A stretch of 63,871 nt of DNA from Saccostrea cucullata (Eukaryota): positions 62,001-125,871 of the forward strand of contig NW_026940671.1 of assembly GCF_032062105.1 (NCBI RefSeq). Reading direction: 5' to 3'. The position numbers and the translations under genes were made by a program. The notes below the pieces were generated by a model. The model did not search any database and was not told the DNA's origin. It worked only from the letters and a program-made list of their open reading frames with translations. Position 1 is the stretch's first letter; each line of letters opens with the position of its first letter. Shown here piece after piece: positions 51,460-63,871 of this stretch.

Positions 51460-52257
51460 AACAAGAGGCCCATGGGCCTTATAGGTCACCTGAGCATTAT
51501 GCAACATCTTTCCAGTGATTGAATTTGATTCATGTTTTAAGCCAAATGCTATGGCATTCACAATTTTGAAAGAGGCACCATTGATCATCATAACAATACA
51601 CTTAGCAGTTGCTTAGTTTGTTTACTTAATACCCATATGCAGGGTAAGGGAACAAAAAAATGTATTTCAACTAATCAGTAATATTCAGCAATAATCAGTA
51701 GTGCCCCTACCACACATGAACCCCTGACCCTTAGGCCTTGATATCTGATTAATACCAAGGAGCAGATTTCAAACCATTCATTCATTTTCAGTAAATAAGT
51801 ACAGCCCCCCCCCTTCTATGGAACCCCTGACCCTGGGGCCTTGAAATTCACAATTCTGGAAGATATGGGCCCTTGTCCAGCATAACTATATAGGTAGTTC
51901 ATCTGCTTAATACCCAGGAGCAGAGAAGAAGATTTTCAAAGAATTCATGTATTTTCACTATATAATCAATAGAGCCCCGCCCTAACACCAGAACCCCTGA
52001 ACCTGAGGCCATAAAATTCACAATTTTGGCAGAGGCACTCTTGCTCATCATAACTATGCACTTAGTTAGTTTATTTAATACCCAGGAGCAGAGAAGAAGA
52101 TTTTCAAAGAATTCATGTATTTTCACTATATAATCAATAGAGCCCCGCCCTAACACCAGAACCCCTGACCCTGGGGCCATAAAATTCACAATTTTGGTAG
52201 TGGCACTCTTGCTCATCATAACTATGTGCTTAGTTGGTTTATTTAATACCCAGGAGC

Positions 52258-52291
<34 letters not shown>

Positions 52292-52700
52292 CACTGCCTA
52301 CTTATTTAGCCCCGCCCTAGCGCTAGAACCCCTGACCCCAGGGCCATGAATTCCACAATTTTGGTAGAGGACTCATTGCTGATTACAATCATGCAAACAG
52401 TTTGACTGCTTGATGTCCAGTATATGTGTTTCTTAATAGGAGTAAAGAAGAAGATTTTTAAAGATTGCATTAATTTTAGTGGTTTTGGCCCCACCCCTCA
52501 GGCCCCAGAGGGGCAAGGATCATGAAATTCACAATTTTTGTTCCCCTTCACCCATAGATGCTTTAGGCCAAATTTGGTTGAAACTGGTTCAGTGGTTGCA
52601 GAGAAGAAGCTGAAAATGTTCAAATGTTAACGCACAACGCACGACGACGGACGAAAACAGATAGCAATAGGTCACCTGAGTTTACTCAGGTGACCTAAAA
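51460..52700 (-). mobile_element. Helentron-like element carrying a 168-bp satellite array
   Basis: Ends AACAAGAGGCCCATGGGCC..TAGGTCACCTGAG and TAGGTCACCTGAGTTTACTCAGGTGACCTA. Units TAATACCCAGGAGCAGAGAAGAAGATTTTCAAAGAA at 51908, 52076, 52244. Confidence 0.88.
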
Positions 52701-53189
52701 ATTCATCAATAGAAACAATTAACTTGTATATCAAATGAGATCTGTAGTCTGTCCAATTTACATATCATATTCTAATGAATAATAAATTACATAACTGTAC
52801 ATATTTCTATATTCTTATCTATAAAAGCAATTTCTCTTTGATCATTTAAATGCTGCCTTCTTTACCATAAGGTAAAATACTATATTAAATATATTTTTAA
52901 ATTTTTAGCATTGATTTTCATACAAAGCATTCGATTCAAATGGAAAATAGATTGAAGTACATGTATGAAGCGTTGCTTACTTTTCAGAAATGAATATTGT
53001 GTCAAATCATGATTTGAAGAAAAAAAATTTATCACACGATTAAATTTAACAACAACAAATTACATTCACACCTTTACAAAATAACCCCCTCCCTCGCCTG
53101 GAATTTACCAACCGTAAAAAAATTACGAGCAATCTTCTTTGAGAAGAACAATTTCCAGTATTTATTACAGAGATTAGTTTTTTTAGTAT

Positions 53190-53455
53190 ATTTCTTACCA
53201 GTCCTCTCGAAAATTATTCACTCATATGCAGACGCCATCACTTGCCAGTGAAGAGCAGCAAATTTAGTCCTATACTCGGCACTAACGGACATTGAGCAGT
53301 GAGGGGTCGTTTTAGTGCCAGCACCTACTGGGACGCGGCACTTCGATTTTTACGGTCTCATCCGAAGGACCGGTTTCCACGTCCCGCAATGGGATTCGAA
53401 CAGCGACGTAAGGATCAACTCCTTAATCTGCAACTCTACAGCTGATACGGGCGAC
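53190..53455 (-). mobile_element. tRNA-derived SINE
   Basis: Same core and B box as the 46668 copy, reverse orientation. Confidence 0.8.
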
Positions 53456-54409
53456 TACAAAGATTTGAACACAAATAAATAATTTTTTTACCAGTGACAC
53501 TTAACCTGCCGAAATGACGTTTAACGGTTTATTGCGTGGACCCTGAGGTCCACGCAGTAAATATATAAGCGAGGTTTAACCGGATGCCCTGGGCATACGC
53601 CAGGCTAAGCATGCGCGAGAATGCTAGAGAGTTCCAATCGGCAATCCTCGGCTGACTCCGCTACACGAATCGACTTTTCCGAATAGCTTTACGATCTCTG
53701 ACGGAAAGACCCGAGATGATGCGATTGAGAGTTCATTGATGGATCCAGATTTCTAATGTATACACATAACTAAACATTCGTTCTATGGCACAAGCATTCT
53801 CATAAGTAGGAAGAAGTTGCAGTTTATACTATACAAGATAACTTAACAACTTGAATTAAAAACTTCATTCAACGACTAGTTCTAGCTTTTAAAAAATAGA
53901 ACAAGTCTTCACAGGCATTAGTTTTGAACATCAAGGCTCGCATAATAATTTGATATATATAGGAATCCAAATACAGCTTGATACAAGTCTGTAGCAACAG
54001 TTTTCCATGTGAGGGAGGGGGGGGGGGGCTCCGAAAACAAAATCTGCATACTATAGAGTTCTGCTACACGTGTACCATCAGATCTAATTTTCCAATGATA
54101 GATCTCTTCTGAATAAATCTAGAATACTAGTATATGTAAAGTCCCATCCATTATGGGTTATATATATCAAAATAGTGTAAAACAGTCAAAGTAGGCAGAT
54201 GACGTTGTAGAAAATGCGAACGAACCTACATGAATATCCAATAAATTTAGAAATTTTCTTTAATATCGGTTAGAAACACATGCATATGGTCCACGTATTG
54301 TAGTCCTTTTTTTAAAGGACAGCAACTTGTTCATATTAATAATACACTTTCAGGTCATATCCATGGTGCCCTCATTCATTTTCCATATGGTTATAAACCA
54401 GACAAGAAT

Positions 54410-54532
54410 TTTGAATGTTTCCGACAGATACAATACAAAAATGGAGCAGAGAAAACACGGACCTCTAAAAATCAGAGGTTGGGATCAGGTGCCATGAAGG
54501 TGTGAGCATCTCCTGCCGACCGGTCACACCTG
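54410..54532 (-). mobile_element. Penelope-like tail fragment
   Basis: GGGATCAGGTGCCATGAAGGTGTGAGCATCTCCTGCCGACCGGTCACACC. Confidence 0.65.
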
Positions 54533-54543
54533 TCTAAAAATGT

Positions 54544-57500
54544 TCAAAGCTCCACAATATCTGAAGAACTAACTACATGTTCCTGTAAGCGCATAAGATG
54601 CAGTAAGGACTTGTAAAGGTTCTTCACACTATCCCAGGTGGTCATTTCCCTAACACGAATTTTGTTAAATCTTTGTTCAAACTGTAATTTGTCACCTTGA
54701 AGAACGATGAAGACATATCGCACACCGTCTGTCAAGATGTTAAAAAGAGGCATGTTTTTGTTGTTCGTTTTCCTCGTCAGGCGCTCTGTCTGAAGTATGC
54801 AGAGTTCTAGGACAGCTTGAACTACAGAATCTGGCTTGAGAGATCTAGAGCTTTTGGCTTCGACTGCTCCAATAACTTCTCCATTACTGTTGACGATTCT
54901 ATAATCAAATTTGCAATTGGGGAGATAAGAACAATCCACATTTCTTTCAATTTCAACAGAAAGGTTTAAACATGAACAGAGTGGAAAGAAAATTTCATTT
55001 AATATAAGCCTTGTTCCCACTTCTGTCCTACACAGAGACTCAAAGTTACAAGTTAGCGTTTCTTCTTTTTCATGTCCGAAAAATTTAACTGTTGATGATG
55101 CTATATGAATTCTACGTTTAAACTCGGAAATCATCTGATCTACTTGTAATTCATTTTCACAAAGATTTTGTTGTAAATCCAACTCTTCCACAGAGCTTTC
55201 AAAATCGAAGTAGCGAGAAAATAAGTCTAAATTCCATTGAGAACAAGGTTTGTCGATGTCGTCCTTTTTATTCGGTGTACGTTCAGCTCTTATTCGTGGC
55301 CTTTCAATTGAATGCTCCTTTTCAAGGGAAGCCAGATGCTGTGGATTTATGTCTGCCAATATGTCGATTTCATCCGATTCCTGATCAGGCGAGGACAGAT
55401 GTTGTTGAGGGAAAACAATTGGTGATCTCTTGATTTCACCGTTTGCATTGCTGGTGGATTTCATATTTGAGATGCCATTTCCTAGTAATACATTATCAGT
55501 TTTGAGATTTAAACTTTCATTTTTGTTAAATCCAGTGCTTATAACTTCTTCATTGTAAACTTTTCCAGATAAACTTTCCCAACTATCCTTCTTGAATTTA
55601 TTATTCTTCTCCTCCCATTTTCTTTGAGAACCAGGTTTTCCGGTTTCCAGTACAAATCGTTCTTGTTCAAGGTCACCGCTTATTTTCTTTGTTTCTATAC
55701 TAACTCCGGAATCTTGCGCTCTCCCTTGAGTCTCATTCTTAAGGTCTAAGTCAACATCTTTTATTGCTGGGACGCTGCACAAATCATGTTTTTCAGTATC
55801 AATATGTTTTCTGGGGCTAAGCTCTGTTATATCCAATGCAATAACATTGTCTTGCTTTCTTTTCTTTGGTGGAGAAAATGTCTCATCTATGTTCTCTTCA
55901 ATTGACTCGTCATCGCTAATGGCTATAGGATTTTCTATGGAATTATCAAGCAATTCGATATTGATTTGACCTGTCGGAGAAAATATGCTCGCACCTGTTG
56001 AAAGTGTTCTCTGCTGGTCTTGATTATCAGTGTCTCCTTTTTTGACTGCATTAGGTCTTTTTGACAAAGAACCTGAATCCGTGCCATCAAGGGAAGCACC
56101 TCTTGAATCTTGAGAATGGATGCTAGATAATTGCCCTTTTGGAAACGATGTTCCACTTCCAGCCTTGTCATAAAGTTTGAGGACTTCATTTTGTTGAAAA
56201 TTTTTGGTAACTTTTCTTAGTTCCTCCGACCTTCCTTTGACAGGTATCGGCTTCTCGGTATTTTCAAGTAATCTATTGGCAAATGTTTGAGATAAATATT
56301 GCGTTCCAGGTAACTTCTTCTTGATTTGCATTCTGCTTGAACCACCCCATGTCACTTTGCGAGGAGATCGAAGAGGGCTTAAGAAGGAATTCCATTTCAG
56401 TTTATTCTCTATAAGGAAATCAAAGATATAAAATTAGAAACTTAAATTTTAGTTTAAAAAAATAATTCTATTTTGATTCCTTTGTATTTTAATTAAAATA
56501 TATTTGTTACTATTCAGACTCAGTGCTTAGAGCGTCTGCTCTAAAGTGGGGGATCCTTATGTCCTGGATTCAAATCCACTGCGGGACGTGGAGACCGGTC
56601 CTATGGATGAGACCGTATAAACCTAGGTCGCGTGTCGCAGTAGGTACATGTACTGGCACGAAAGTGCTCAATGTCCCTGAGTGACGGGTATATGTCTAAA
56701 TTTGCAGCCCTTCCACCGACAAATGGTGGCTTCTCTATATGAGTGAAAATTGTCGAAACGGACGATAAACAAATAAGTCCACGGAGGAAGGACATGCATG
56801 AAATAATAACAATGTATTTTATGTAATCCATGTGAAGAACACCAAGAGAACAATTACTGGGAAGAAACGGACTCAAAGATATTTGAAATAAGTGTACACA
56901 GTTTTCAGGAAAATTAAACATTTAATTTGCCATGACTCACATGAGAACAGAACTTCAAATTGTAACTAAGAAGTTCAATCGTACCTGGGGTCTGGTTTTA
57001 ATTTTTTTTTTTAATATTATCATTTTTTTTTTACACATGCAGCTCCTAATTTTTCTGTCAAACAATGTTTAACACTACTGTCTCAACATGACGAAATCTT
57101 TCAATCGGAAAAGATCTGTATCATGGTATTTCTGAATGATTAGGACAATACTAATGACTACTTCGTTTGTTTGTTGCTTAACATCCCTCTCGAGAATTTT
57201 TCACTCATGTGCCAGTGGAGAAGCCGCCACGAGCGGTGGAGGGCTCTACTCCGTAACTCGGCACTCAAGGCAATTAAACAGTGAGGGATCTTTTTTTCGT
57301 ACCAACACACACCTACTTCGACATCGGACCTCGGTTTATATGGTCTCATCCATGTCTTCATGTCCCGCACTCGAACCCGCGACGCGGACTACTTCGTAAC
57401 TAAGGCACTATTTCCTCTAATAAAAGTTTACATCTCAGAGAAAAGAATAATACAGGTGTATGTTGGTACCTATTAATTAAAGTATGACTCTCTTGAAAAT

Positions 57501-58914
57501 TGATTTTTGAAGAAAAGTGCAAAAGTTTCCTACAGTAGTTCATCATGTAGGATTCCACCTTATCATGCATGGTACTATTGTGTATTTAAATATTCACAGT
57601 CCAAACACATCTAACTGGTTTCAGATATAACGAAAAATTATATAACTTTATACACAAATTTCGGAAGGAAGTCTTGAACAAATTTAACTTGAAGTGCAAA
57701 TTATTGCAATAATTTAATACCAAGGTTTTCATTCAACAAAATAGCATGAGTCAAGAGGATAACATTCAGTATTTCAGAAACAGGTGCCATAAAAAATATG
57801 AAATGAAATTCTTGCCGAATTTTTGCTCTTTTTTGTTTTAGAGACCACGATTAAAAAACGTTGGCGTGTATGTAATTGCTTATTAACGTCCAGTTGTCAA
57901 GGTAGTAACACATTTTAAATTGCAAAATAATTTTTCACGCCCTGCAAACCATTAACTTAGCCTTTAGACACACTTGTTTAATAAAGATACAAACAACTGT
58001 ATATTTAATTATGATTTACACAAAAGAAATATTATTAATAGCCCTTTATGTTCATGTGGAAAGTATGAAGATGTTTACCATTTCTTCTTTGCCTGCAGAA
58101 ATTATCCAAACGCTAGGAATAATCTTTTCAATCGCCTATTTTTACTTGACGAATTGGTCAATATTGACAATATTGACACAAATTTGTTATTATGTGGTGA
58201 TGTAAATTTGCCTGTTGAAACAAACACATATATTTTTGCTGCTGTGCATAAATTTATTGACGAATCTTGTAGATTTTAAATTGTTATATTTCTGAACAAA
58301 TATTCCACTTGTATCTCTTTTGTATTTATATCTCTATGTACTACATGTATTTTTATTGCATGACATATAGTTATATTTAAGGAGAGGAACTCGTAAGTTG
58401 AAAGAACTTGTTTCCAATCCTTTTGTTTAATACAATAAAATATGTTCAAAACAAAACAAAGATATTTATTGTAAACTTTGACTATTAATCTAAGTTAATG
58501 GTTCTGGGACCTGGGTAGCGCTTTCGCGTGACGTGATTCAAATCGGTCGAGTTACGTATTCACTTGACACCGGCTGAACTACTGGAAGGAAACTTCCTGA
58601 AACAAATTACTAGTTTTTGAAACAAATTACTATTCGAAGAATGCTTTGGGTTTTTAATCACAATGTACTTACATGTTAATAATTTTAACTAACCACACGT
58701 TTTTCTTTTAATTCAAATTTTTTTCTTACTTCAATTGAAAACAACGTTGTATGTAAGAGATTCGCAAAGTCATGACTTATTATTGTTCGCTGTATGAAGT
58801 TTGTGAACAAAATACTATCTCCAAAACCTTAGATATCATTCTATTTACTTTAAGCGAAGGGAAAAAAATGCGGTAGAACTTTAAATGACGAAAATTCTTA
58901 CCTGTCCACTCCAT
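54544..58914 (-). CDS. Protein with disordered N-terminus, NLS and C-terminal PD-(D/E)XK (HsdR_N/REase-like) nuclease domain, ~625 aa
   Basis: Large exon 56408-54544, containing the 603-aa ORF. Probable first coding exon 58914-58902 (ATGGAGTGGACAG|gtaaga, phase-compatible, less certain). Motifs TEVGTR..., KFDY, AVEAK, VVQ, ILTDG.RYVF; NLS PPKKRK. Confidence 0.78.
56515..56776 (+). mobile_element. tRNA-derived SINE
   Basis: GGATTCAAATCC B-box remnant, GGATGAGACCGTATAAACC core, ATGAGTGAAAATT..CGA 3' part. Confidence 0.75.
57160..57385 (-). mobile_element. tRNA-derived SINE (partial)
   Basis: (TTTG)n tail, TCTCGAGAATTTTTCACTCAT, GACCTCGGTTTATATGGTCTCATCC. Confidence 0.72.
57930..58460 (+). mobile_element. 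3' end of a non-LTR retrotransposon (CR1/L2-group-like), 5'-truncated
   Basis: NYDLHKRNIINSPLCSCGKYEDVYHFFFAC...LLCGD...FIDESCRF* is a typical LINE ORF2 C-terminus, followed by a 3' UTR, AATAAA and a (CAAAA)n tail. Confidence 0.82.
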
Positions 58915-59762
58915 AGGCGTGTCCCTTTGTTGTGATGTTATTTTTAGCACCCTGTGTAAGCGGAAATGAAAGAAGGCACTTAAACACCGAAAATGCAATT
59001 TAAGAAACACGGAAACGGGTATATGGTGTTAAACTGATACCAGTGCAAATGGAAATTTTCTAATACGCTGCAAAGGGTGTGTTAAATGTTATAACAAGGA
59101 AGAAATTTAGGTGACGCTTAGTTACCTTATGACCTACTTTGCATTATGTACCTACATGTCTATACTTGTCCTGTCATGCGGAACGATTGAGAAGCGTATG
59201 TCATGTGTATGTCGCCTATGGCTAACTGTCGCATTCATTTAGCGGATCCAAAAAACCATTTAGGCAGTTTAGTTGCGAAAAAGCTCTTGACAATCTAAAA
59301 ACAACCCATTCTCTTTATAATGATAATTTCATGCATGAACGTACAAGAAGAGAATTATTCCGAAATAGACCTATCTGACGTTTTTCAGGCTTTACTAATG
59401 ATTTTGATATTTTACGTGCCAGGAAAACGTCAGAACCGGTGCCATGACGAAAACTGTGAATTCGCAGCCACCAACCCAAGGCGGCATTTTTGGGTTGGTT
59501 TTCGAACCGAATTAAAGGTCAAACTAATAACCAATCAATAGTACAATACTTTTAGTACTCACCAACATCGTTTTATGGTTCGTTTATAAAATATACAATT
59601 CGAAGAAACAATTAAAATATCTTGACTGTCGAGAGGTTTTCATTTCGTGCATTTTAATATTTTGCTAGTCTTGTATCGAAATGTGAACTGATGTTTTCTT
59701 TTCATCAATATTTTTTTAGAAAAAGAATTATGCTATTGAAATATTGTGAATTTTACATTTAA

Positions 59763-59977
59763 GGAGGCTGGAGGGTCAACAAATAAACCAAAAATTAACC
59801 ACCAGAATTAACTTATTTTTTTAAATATGGTATATTAAGCTATCATTTATTATTTGGCAAAGAAAAAATTCCTACATTTTAGTTTTAAAATTTTATCATT
59901 TTTTATATCTTTATATGGAGCTCTTCTTTTAAAGGAGATCGAAATAGTCTGAAAATGGCTGCCACCCCCCAGCCTCG
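59763..59977. mobile_element. MITE with TTAA TSD (Kolobok/piggyBac type)
   Basis: TTAA|GGAGGCTGG...CCAGCCTCG|TTAA. Confidence 0.7.
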
Positions 59978-60079
59978 TTAATTCAGTTTGCAAGTATCGA
60001 AAATCAATTCCGGTTTGAGACGGCGATTTCCAGTTTTCGTTTTCCTGGCACGTAAAAAATCAAAATGGTGAAAATAGCC

Positions 60080-60250
60080 AGGAAAAACATACCTTTTCCA
60101 AAAACGCATTTTCCAATTTTCAATTACAGCGCATATATTAAAATCACTGGCACTTGCTTCGGACATAAATATTTAACTCATAGTATAATAATAACACAAG
60201 ATTATTAAAATATGGGTTAATAATTTATTTCCGGAACAAGTGCCTTCTTT
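60080..60250 (+). repeat. Dispersed direct repeat, second copy at ~63465-63640
   Basis: AAAACATACCTTTTCCAAA.ACGCATTTTCCAATTTTCAATTACAGCGCATATATTAAAATCAC is shared. Confidence 0.8.
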
Positions 60251-61350
60251 TGAATCACGTGTCCTTGGTTTACTTTGCAAAAATCCAAACAACAGTGATA
60301 TATTAACCTAGCACCCCACCCCCCCCCCCCCACCCCACCCCCCCATAGTTCATTAGTGTTTAGAGTTTTCTAAAGTATGATGCAGTTCTTACCACTTTAT
60401 AAATAAACATGTCTAGTAAATTCAAGAAGTCAAAAAAAAAATTTAACAGTTAGTAGAATGACCAATTATTTATTTTCAAGACATAAATATGCTGTCTAGT
60501 CCCATTCACTTTTGTAAATATAAGTAAAATGTTGTTTAAATAAATACGAGGTATAAAAGTAGATAATATTTAGTGTCATTAATATAAAATTCCGTTTAGA
60601 AACATCACATTTTTATCCCTGCCTCTAAAATAAAATATCCAGAAGTGTTACATGTAAATAACTTAAATATTGTAACTCTTCACATTTTCTCCTCTTTTTA
60701 TATTCACCTAGACCTATAACGCTGCCGAAATATGGTTTTTTTTCTCGATGATTAATTTTTCGCATTTTTTGCAACCATTTTTAATTTACAAAATATAAAA
60801 ACATGCTGACATTATGTCAGCAATGATTGATGTGTCATAAAAACATAACCATTTTAAACAAAAAAAAAATCATCAATCGTAAAAAATAACTTAGGCAAAA
60901 TAAAAACTGTACTAATCTATCCCTTTTTCGCAAAATTTCCAACATGTGAAAATAACGGATATATGGTACATTACGTGTATATCATAAAACATTTACTTCA
61001 TAATCCTCTCAATACTTTCTTCACATTTGTGAAATCATTTTATGTATGGAAAAGAAAAGAAAAGTTAATTATACCATTCTGATCAATCTCCATTGTCCAC
61101 CTGGCCTGTAGTCAAATGCTATCTGTAGTTCACTGGTGATGAGGAACCATCAGTTTCAAACAACTTTGGGGTCTTAGTGGTATTTCTGTCAAATATGTTA
61201 ATATTCATAAACATGTACTTTCATGAATAACCTTATTTTCAATCTGTTATAAGATTGTAAAACTGATAAATAAGTAGAATTTTTCACGGATTTATGACAA
61301 AAACTGTATTGATTCTCCGTTTACATGGTTTACATATAATATCAATTATC

Positions 61351-62209
61351 CATACTTGCCAACCTCCAGCATTTAAAAATCTGGTCATGACCAGATTTGG
61401 AAAGTAAAAAATCTGGTCATAACGCGTAACGACATTCACGACATATTTACCATGATTTAATTTTATACATATATATACAAAGTATTTGTGTATTGAGAAT
61501 TCTTTTATTGAAAAAGGATTTAATTAACTATGACAAAAAATTCATACATAATTTGATTTAAATTTACATGTTAAAAAAATGGAAATTGAAGGTTTTTTGT
61601 ATTAGTATTGACCTGTAGTAAGTGTGCATTAAAGCCTTTTCAGTTTTCTGCTAAATTTGAAAGAATACCAATTTCAGTTGTGAAGTTATTTTTCCTCTCT
61701 CTTAATTAATTAACTACTGCAATATGTTTTAAATGTGAAGTTAGGCCAACACTGTTATCGATCATTTTATTTCATCTAGAATGAAAGTTTTTTTTCCAAG
61801 ATTCCTTGATATGTAGATCTACATAAATATCGTTTCTCTTTGTTATATCAGAGAAATGTGTTTAGTTCAACTTGTTCCTGTTGGCCCAGATAACGATTTA
61901 GTTCTATCGTTCCAAGCCATTTTAATTGACTTCAAACATTGATTTGTCAAAACAACACCCAGTTAATTGTTAACACCTGCACTGATAATTAATCCATCGG
62001 CATTGTTTACGTAGATCTAAGCTTGGGTTGTAACTGGAAGTTAAAAGTGCAACCTAATTTACGAACCAAATCCGGAAAATCGGGAGATTTTCGGGTTGAT
62101 CGGCAAAAATCGGGTGATAAGCATGACCCGCCGGGTCATAAAAAATAATCGGGTTACGGGTTAAAAAATCGGGTGTGACCCGACGAAATCGGGTGAGTTG
62201 GCAAGTATG
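61351..62209. mobile_element. Non-autonomous DNA transposon, 859 bp, 6-bp TSD
   Basis: TIR CATACTTGCCAAC/GTTGGCAAGTATG, TSD ATTATC on both sides, subterminal AAATCGGG/AAATCTGG repeats. Confidence 0.88.
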
Positions 62210-63871
62210 ATTATCTTGCATTCCCCTAGCCAGGGACCAATATCATGTATATATATATATTCAATTCTCATTATATCGCGGGTTCCATTGTATCGCGGTA
62301 TATTCCAAAAAATTAGATACATAGCCCATGTGATTTTTGTGGATAAAGCTATCTGTTTGTCACCAGAATACAACACAACAATCTATCCATTCATCATGAA
62401 ATAGAGATCTATATAATACGTTAGTTTGTTCTGTGTGATTTTATGAGGCGCCCTTCTACGGAGTAGTATTTCAAAAGTACTTCCTGATTTTTCTGACCAA
62501 AACCAAAAAATAAAAATAAAAAATAAAATAAATCGAATTTTAGATCAATAAAGGGGGGTTTGGCTTTGTGAGACCAAAAATGAATTTAGGAAAAATTCTG
62601 CTGGATTTTTTTATGTCAAAAGAAACTATTCTTAGGATATCAAACATTCAACTGACAATGATTAAATATATCTTAGTGTTTAGGTTCATATTTGTAATCA
62701 ATTTAAAATTTCAATAATTAAAAAAAGTATTCCTGACTTTGCATTTAGAAATGTAGTTAATTTTTTTAAAGGAATAATATTAATGCACAAATTAATATTT
62801 TATTAGGTAGCCCGATTCTCTCATAGTTGTGTCATATTCATGATATTGCTGTCTGTTTTTGTTCGTCGTTTGTATAGTTATCATATCGTAAAAGTGTACA
62901 CATTATTCTTAAAAAAAAAAAATTCTTTTTTAATTCTCCTTGTGTATTTAGTGTACAAACTTTAATGCATAGATATGATGAGCAATTAAGATGGGTACGT
63001 CTTCCAAAATTAATTACCCCTTGGTCTTGGATTCTATGTTTAGGACGATCGAGGCTCTTTTGATTTTGAAAATGCATTGATTCTGTGAAAACCTTATTAA
63101 TTCTCTGTTCTCTGAAGGATTTTTCTCACACAAAGCTGTATTTCTTGTATCTAAAAATTAATGAAATTTTCACAGAAACAATAAGACAATATTACTAAGT
63201 GATGGTATCAATTAGATTAGTTTTGACCGTTTTACATAAGAGTCAAGGTCAGGTCAAGGTCATTAATTTTTCCCTGGACATTAAGAATAAAAATAACTGC
63301 ATCCAATCATGCGATAGGGTCTTCTATTTCAAAAGATGATTTTTTTTTTCTTTTTGCATTAAAAATAAAACCATATAGGATATATAAGATGATATTATCA
63401 AACTGACAAAAATAGTTTGAATTTTCTCTATTTTTCTTAAATTTTTTATAACGTTTTCAAGGGAATAAAACATACCTTTTCCAAATACGCATTTTCCAAT
63501 TTTCAATTACAGCGCATATATTAAAATCACAGACACTTGTTTCGGACATAAATTAATTTTTTAAACCATAGTATAATAATAACGCAAAATTATTAATATA
63601 TGGGTAAAAAATTATTTCCAAACAACTTGAAGTGCCTTCATGATTAAATTTTATTGCATTTCAGTCCTAACACCTACTTTTTTAATTACTTGATTAGCTA
63701 ATTGCGTTTATACTACGACTGCGTGCACCCTGCATGCCTCGAATGAAAGCAAACTTTGCTAAACAAACACGTCGTTAATTAGCGACTTTGGTGTGAAGCG
63801 TGACAATCAATGGAGAGTCAATCAGCTGATCAGATAATCAATATATTGAGAGTTTATTATTCTGTACACAT

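Noticed and set aside
51899-52494. ORFs with 56-aa repeats
   Set aside because: Translation of the 168-bp satellite.
61074-61186. Possible minus-strand exon with AG/GT boundaries
   Set aside because: Stops in all three frames and no linkable neighbours; at most a non-coding or terminal exon.

Overview
AT-rich, intron-containing eukaryotic DNA, most likely a bivalve and probably an ostreid oyster. This is inferred from the repeat types and gene families, not shown directly. Most ORFs in the supplied track are exon fragments or noise, so gene models were rebuilt by hand from splice sites and reading-frame phase. Contents: (1) 3' part of an astacin metalloprotease-C-type lectin-kringle gene. 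(2) A tandem family of six 4-exon genes (five intact, one pseudogene) for ~150-aa secreted His/Thr-rich, 4-Cys proteins whose pattern resembles a stand-alone BRICHOS domain; the ORF track nearly misses them. (3) Inside that cluster, a head-to-head pair with start codons only ~270 bp apart: a ~503-aa TIR + 2TM + TMEM268-like protein with no ectodomain, and a ~1166-aa type I membrane protein of furin-like Cys-rich repeats with no signalling domain. This pair is my best candidate for an undescribed split immune receptor. (4) A secreted ShK + Ly6/three-finger + C-type lectin gene. (5) A ~625-aa protein with an NLS and a C-terminal restriction-endonuclease-like PD-(D/E)XK domain. (6) Many mobile elements: Penelope-like fragments, tRNA-SINEs, Helentron-like elements carrying satellite arrays, a MULE/foldback element and several MITEs. 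No database searches were run; family names come from motif recognition.
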